From positions 248,001 to 312,000 of the forward strand of contig OZ237753.1 in NCBI GenBank assembly GCA_965178125.1: 64,000 nucleotides of DNA, in the 5' to 3' direction. Source of the DNA: Bilabrum cf. latius. Lineage: Eukaryota. The position numbers were made by a program, and so were the translations under genes. Below the pieces are notes generated by a model. That model did not search any database, was not told the origin of the DNA, and saw nothing but the letters and a program-made list of their open reading frames with translations. This document shows, piece by piece, positions 60,811 through 64,000 of the stretch. Each line of letters opens with the position of its first letter. The stretch's first letter is position 1.

Positions 60811-63800
60811 TCAACACCACATCTGCCATCCGTCATACATCGTGCACAGCCTCCGAGGGTCCTGAGCCTGCTTAATAAGCGCGTCGACCTGCCGCTCCAC
60901 CGGAAGAGCAACACCTGGAGTGACTTCCTACCCAGACAGCTTGTCGCTCACCCTCGCAATGGCACCCTCCACGGTCTGCCGCACCGTCTCGTTGTGCCTC
61001 ATGAGCCCACCTGGCGGCCGGCTCGTGCCACTCTCCCCGAGAACCTCAACGTCGCTATCCTCAAACAAATCGTCCACTCCTGCATCGGAACCCGCCGCAC
61101 CAGCTTCTTTCGTGCCACTAGTAGCACCTTTTCCCTTGGATGCGCCACTTTGAGCGGGGAGCTGGTCTTCTGCAGAGGGACCCTCTTCAACCGACGAAGA
61201 AGAAGACGAAACGGCTTTGTGGGCCAGCTTCTCCACGACACTCTGCCACTTCGCGAGGGGGTCAGCAAGGAACGTTCGTAGCAAGGAGAGAACCATGGAG
61301 CGCCGTTCTCGCAGGCACTCCATCGAGCTCTCCATGGAGGCCCTGAACGTCCCCTCAACGCCCCGCACGCCCATGCAGCTCACAACCTCGCGGGTCAATC
61401 GGAACGGAACCCACTCCGGGCAGGTCTGCAGCTTGGCTTGCTCAAAGCAAATGCCGAAATCAATGTGAACGACCTCGTGCCTATTGATGTCAAGCCGCAT
61501 GTTGCCACCGTGCCGATCCCCCAGCCCAGTCACGTGGCCCAACGCACTGCTAGTGGCTGCAGACTTGGCATACATGGCGCGGGCAAGCCGCTCGTCTCTC
61601 GCCCCTGGGAACCGAATGCTGGCCACGTGCTGCAACACGGGCTGATGCATCGCCATGGCTACGAGTAGTGCTTCAAGCTCAGTGAGGGTGGGAACTCCAG
61701 AAGCGTTTGTCGGCCGTCCAGCACCATCGCCGGCTGCGGCCACAATGCCCTCGGCTGCCGTGGCCGCTTGCAGATCAGCTCGGTGCCTTCCAAACCACCG
61801 TCTAATCTCATGAATACTGGCTTCGTTGGGTCTGTATAGCTTCTAGAGGGGGGGGATGCCGGCAGGGCCGTTGCCATCGATGATGAGGTTCTGGTGAGCT
61901 GCAAGGCTGGACACGTACTCCAGCATCCCTGTCTTTCGACTGAGCGGCATGATCTGGTGCTCTCTCATTCTGAGTCCTTTGGCCTTGGCGTGCGGGTCTG
62001 CTGCCAGCAGAACATTAAAGATGCGAAGCAACCTTGACACCATTTGGTCCTGTCGCATGTCTTCGTTCGGGCCTTTGTGCACCGCGCGATGCTTCATGCC
62101 ATCGGTGCCGAACAGTGTTACGGTCCTCGGGCGTGAAGCGCCGCTCCCTTCAATCTTCACTTTCGCAATCATCTGAATAACTCCAATCCTCGGCCGGATT
62201 TCCAGTAGATCGCTTGGAGCGCCGTCAGCGGTGCCACCAAAGGAGACTCGACAGTCGAAGCCTTCCCGTTCGGCTACGGCTACAGCGGCTGAATTGTCGC
62301 TGGGCCAACCACTGGTCACGTACCCGGCACTCTCGATTCCAATACCAGCCCCTGTGCTTGGATCTGCAGAGCGGCTGTCTCTGCTGTGCTCATCGACAGC
62401 GGTCAAGAAGCTGCTGAGCGCCACTGAGTTCACCCCGTCAGCATCCATCTCTGCAGTCGCAGTGAACACGGGCAGATGCCTCAGCAGGTCTCTGCCTCGC
62501 AATTCTTCCATCAGTACGAAAACAGATCGCATGCCGCCCGAGGAGAGCCCAGCGCTGGCGCGAGTCGGCTTCCGGCCAGAGCGCGACGACTGCCCTTTGC
62601 CAGTGCCACGCGGGTCAATTGCATTCGTAAAGTCGCCCCCGTCAACGTCACAGAGGACCTCTTGCTTGGATAAATCTAGCATCGAGCTCCGGGGATCGAT
62701 CTTTTTCTGGTCGCGCAGAGCGATGGCAATCGACGCTGCCCAGCCAAGTCTAGCAACTGCAATGCCACGTGTGACGGATGCTGACCCGCGGCTTGCACCA
62801 GTAATGATGTCCCGACTTCTTCTTTCCGCAACAAGCATGTCTGACGTCACATCACTCTCCTTCATCCCTGCTGTTGCGAACGCGTGCTACAGAAGTGCCG
62901 GCAACGTGCCGTACGTCCTTCGCACCAACATCTTCGTCAGAAGCCCGGGGATAAGCCGCTGGATAAACTCGCTCCTCTGCCGGTCCATCGCGGCAAGCTG
63001 TTCTGCTGGCAGGGGCACGTACTTATCGGAGGCTGCGTCGGCAAAGAGCCTCACAGCTATCTAGTTCGCTGCCGGCAGCATGATGCGTACCGGCAAATGC
63101 CGCAGCGCAGACGCGGCTTCTTTCGCGACGCCAGCGTAGCCTCCAAGCTCAAACACAATCTGCAAGAGACAGAAGAGGCTACCGAGCTCTACAGCCGCCA
63201 CTGGGGCCCCCTCCATAGCACGGACATGTTCCGAAGACAGAAGCGGAGTCGATCCTGCCATGCTGGAGCTTGGCTGATTATCTGCCAAGTGAGCGGAATG
63301 CCGAGGTTGCAGGGGCAAGACACTCGGAGTCTACAAGGCAAGAAAGCGCCCGTAGCTACTCACAGCAATTAAGGCTGCCTCCTTGTGCTATCGCATCAGT
63401 CCGCCTAGCCTGGTGCTGAACTGGGTGACGAGAGTTCTCAAGTTGCCCATGGACCGGTAGACGTCGTTGTAGTGCATGTCAGGCATGACCTGCTAGAGCC
63501 TCTCGACCATCGCGTCTCTCGACTATTTCCATGCCACTTGTGCCTCGTCTATGAGCTGGTTGAGACTCTTGTCCGAACCCCTTTGCCTGTTGCGCTGCTC
63601 CAGCAAAGCTTTCTTTCTCAAGTTCAGGTCATCGAACTCCCTTTTCATTGTATACAGGTTGTTCCGCAGCAACGTATCGTGCACAGAACGCTATTTCTCG
63701 TACAATTGGTGCTACCCTTGGAAAGACGAACTAGCGAATACAGACTCAATCCTAATTCGACATGCGTCTGCGAATTGTGCGGCGTGCAAGTGCCCCACGG

Positions 63801-63999
63801 CCTGCATCGCACGCCACCAACCGGCTTCTGCAGCCATGCTGGCACTCTCCCTCGATTGGCTGCAGGGTGTTGACTCCGCAGGAGTGTCCTGCCTTACCTT
63901 GCCCAAAGCACGCAGAGCTCTGGTTGCAGCCGACAGAAGCTCGCGCGCCTCATCTGCAACGGATTGCCCTGCATCGCCTATGCTAGTAGCACCATGACC
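60811..63999 (-). CDS. ATM: PIKK kinase, ATM/Tel1-like (end of FAT, kinase, FATC); 5' part lies outside the window; 10 in-frame TAG
   Basis: KGPNEDMRQD, GLGDRHGGN, VHIDFGICFEQAK, PEWVPFRLTRE, MGVRGVEGTFR; FATC VERQVDALIKQAQDPRRLCTMYDGWQMWC then TGA at 60811-60813. PIKK membership is firm; the ATM subfamily call is less so. Confidence 0.75.
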
Positions 64000-64000
64000 C

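Noticed and set aside
1-64000. Pseudogenes, RIP-like C-to-T decay or sequencing error as the source of the stops
   Set aside because: Decay would also give TAA, TGA and frameshifts; only TAG occurs and catalytic motifs are intact in all genes.
1-64000. Pyrrolysine or programmed readthrough
   Set aside because: Too many sites, including tandem TAGs, no shared downstream context noticed, no pyl genes, and a eukaryotic gene structure.

Overview
Gene-dense, GC-rich eukaryotic (protist-like, possibly stramenopile) nuclear DNA containing five very large protein-coding genes with short GT-AG introns and intergenic gaps of only about 230-750 bp. The ORF track looks fragmented because the standard code does not fit: outside the predicted introns, every in-frame break I traced (roughly 100 by manual count) is TAG, with no frameshift, and the protein continues in the same frame. 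All five genes end at TGA. Conserved positions (USP E-x-Q-K, PIKK FAT LP-xxx-Q-xxx-R, internal cadherin paralogues, Q-runs) indicate TAG = Gln, and no in-frame TAA was seen, so UAG appears reassigned independently of UAA. The genes are: (1) a 5'-truncated NACHT-WD40-coiled coil-SLOG protein (+); (2) a TmcB/TmcC-like PAS membrane protein (+); (3) an ~8,360 aa surface protein with LamG, Calx-beta, cadherin and IPT domains and a multi-TM module (+); (4) an ~5,450 aa USP9/24/34-like deubiquitinase (-); (5) the 3' part of an ATM-like PIKK (-). No RNA genes, mobile elements or CRISPR arrays were recognised. Domain calls come from motif recognition by eye, not from database searches.
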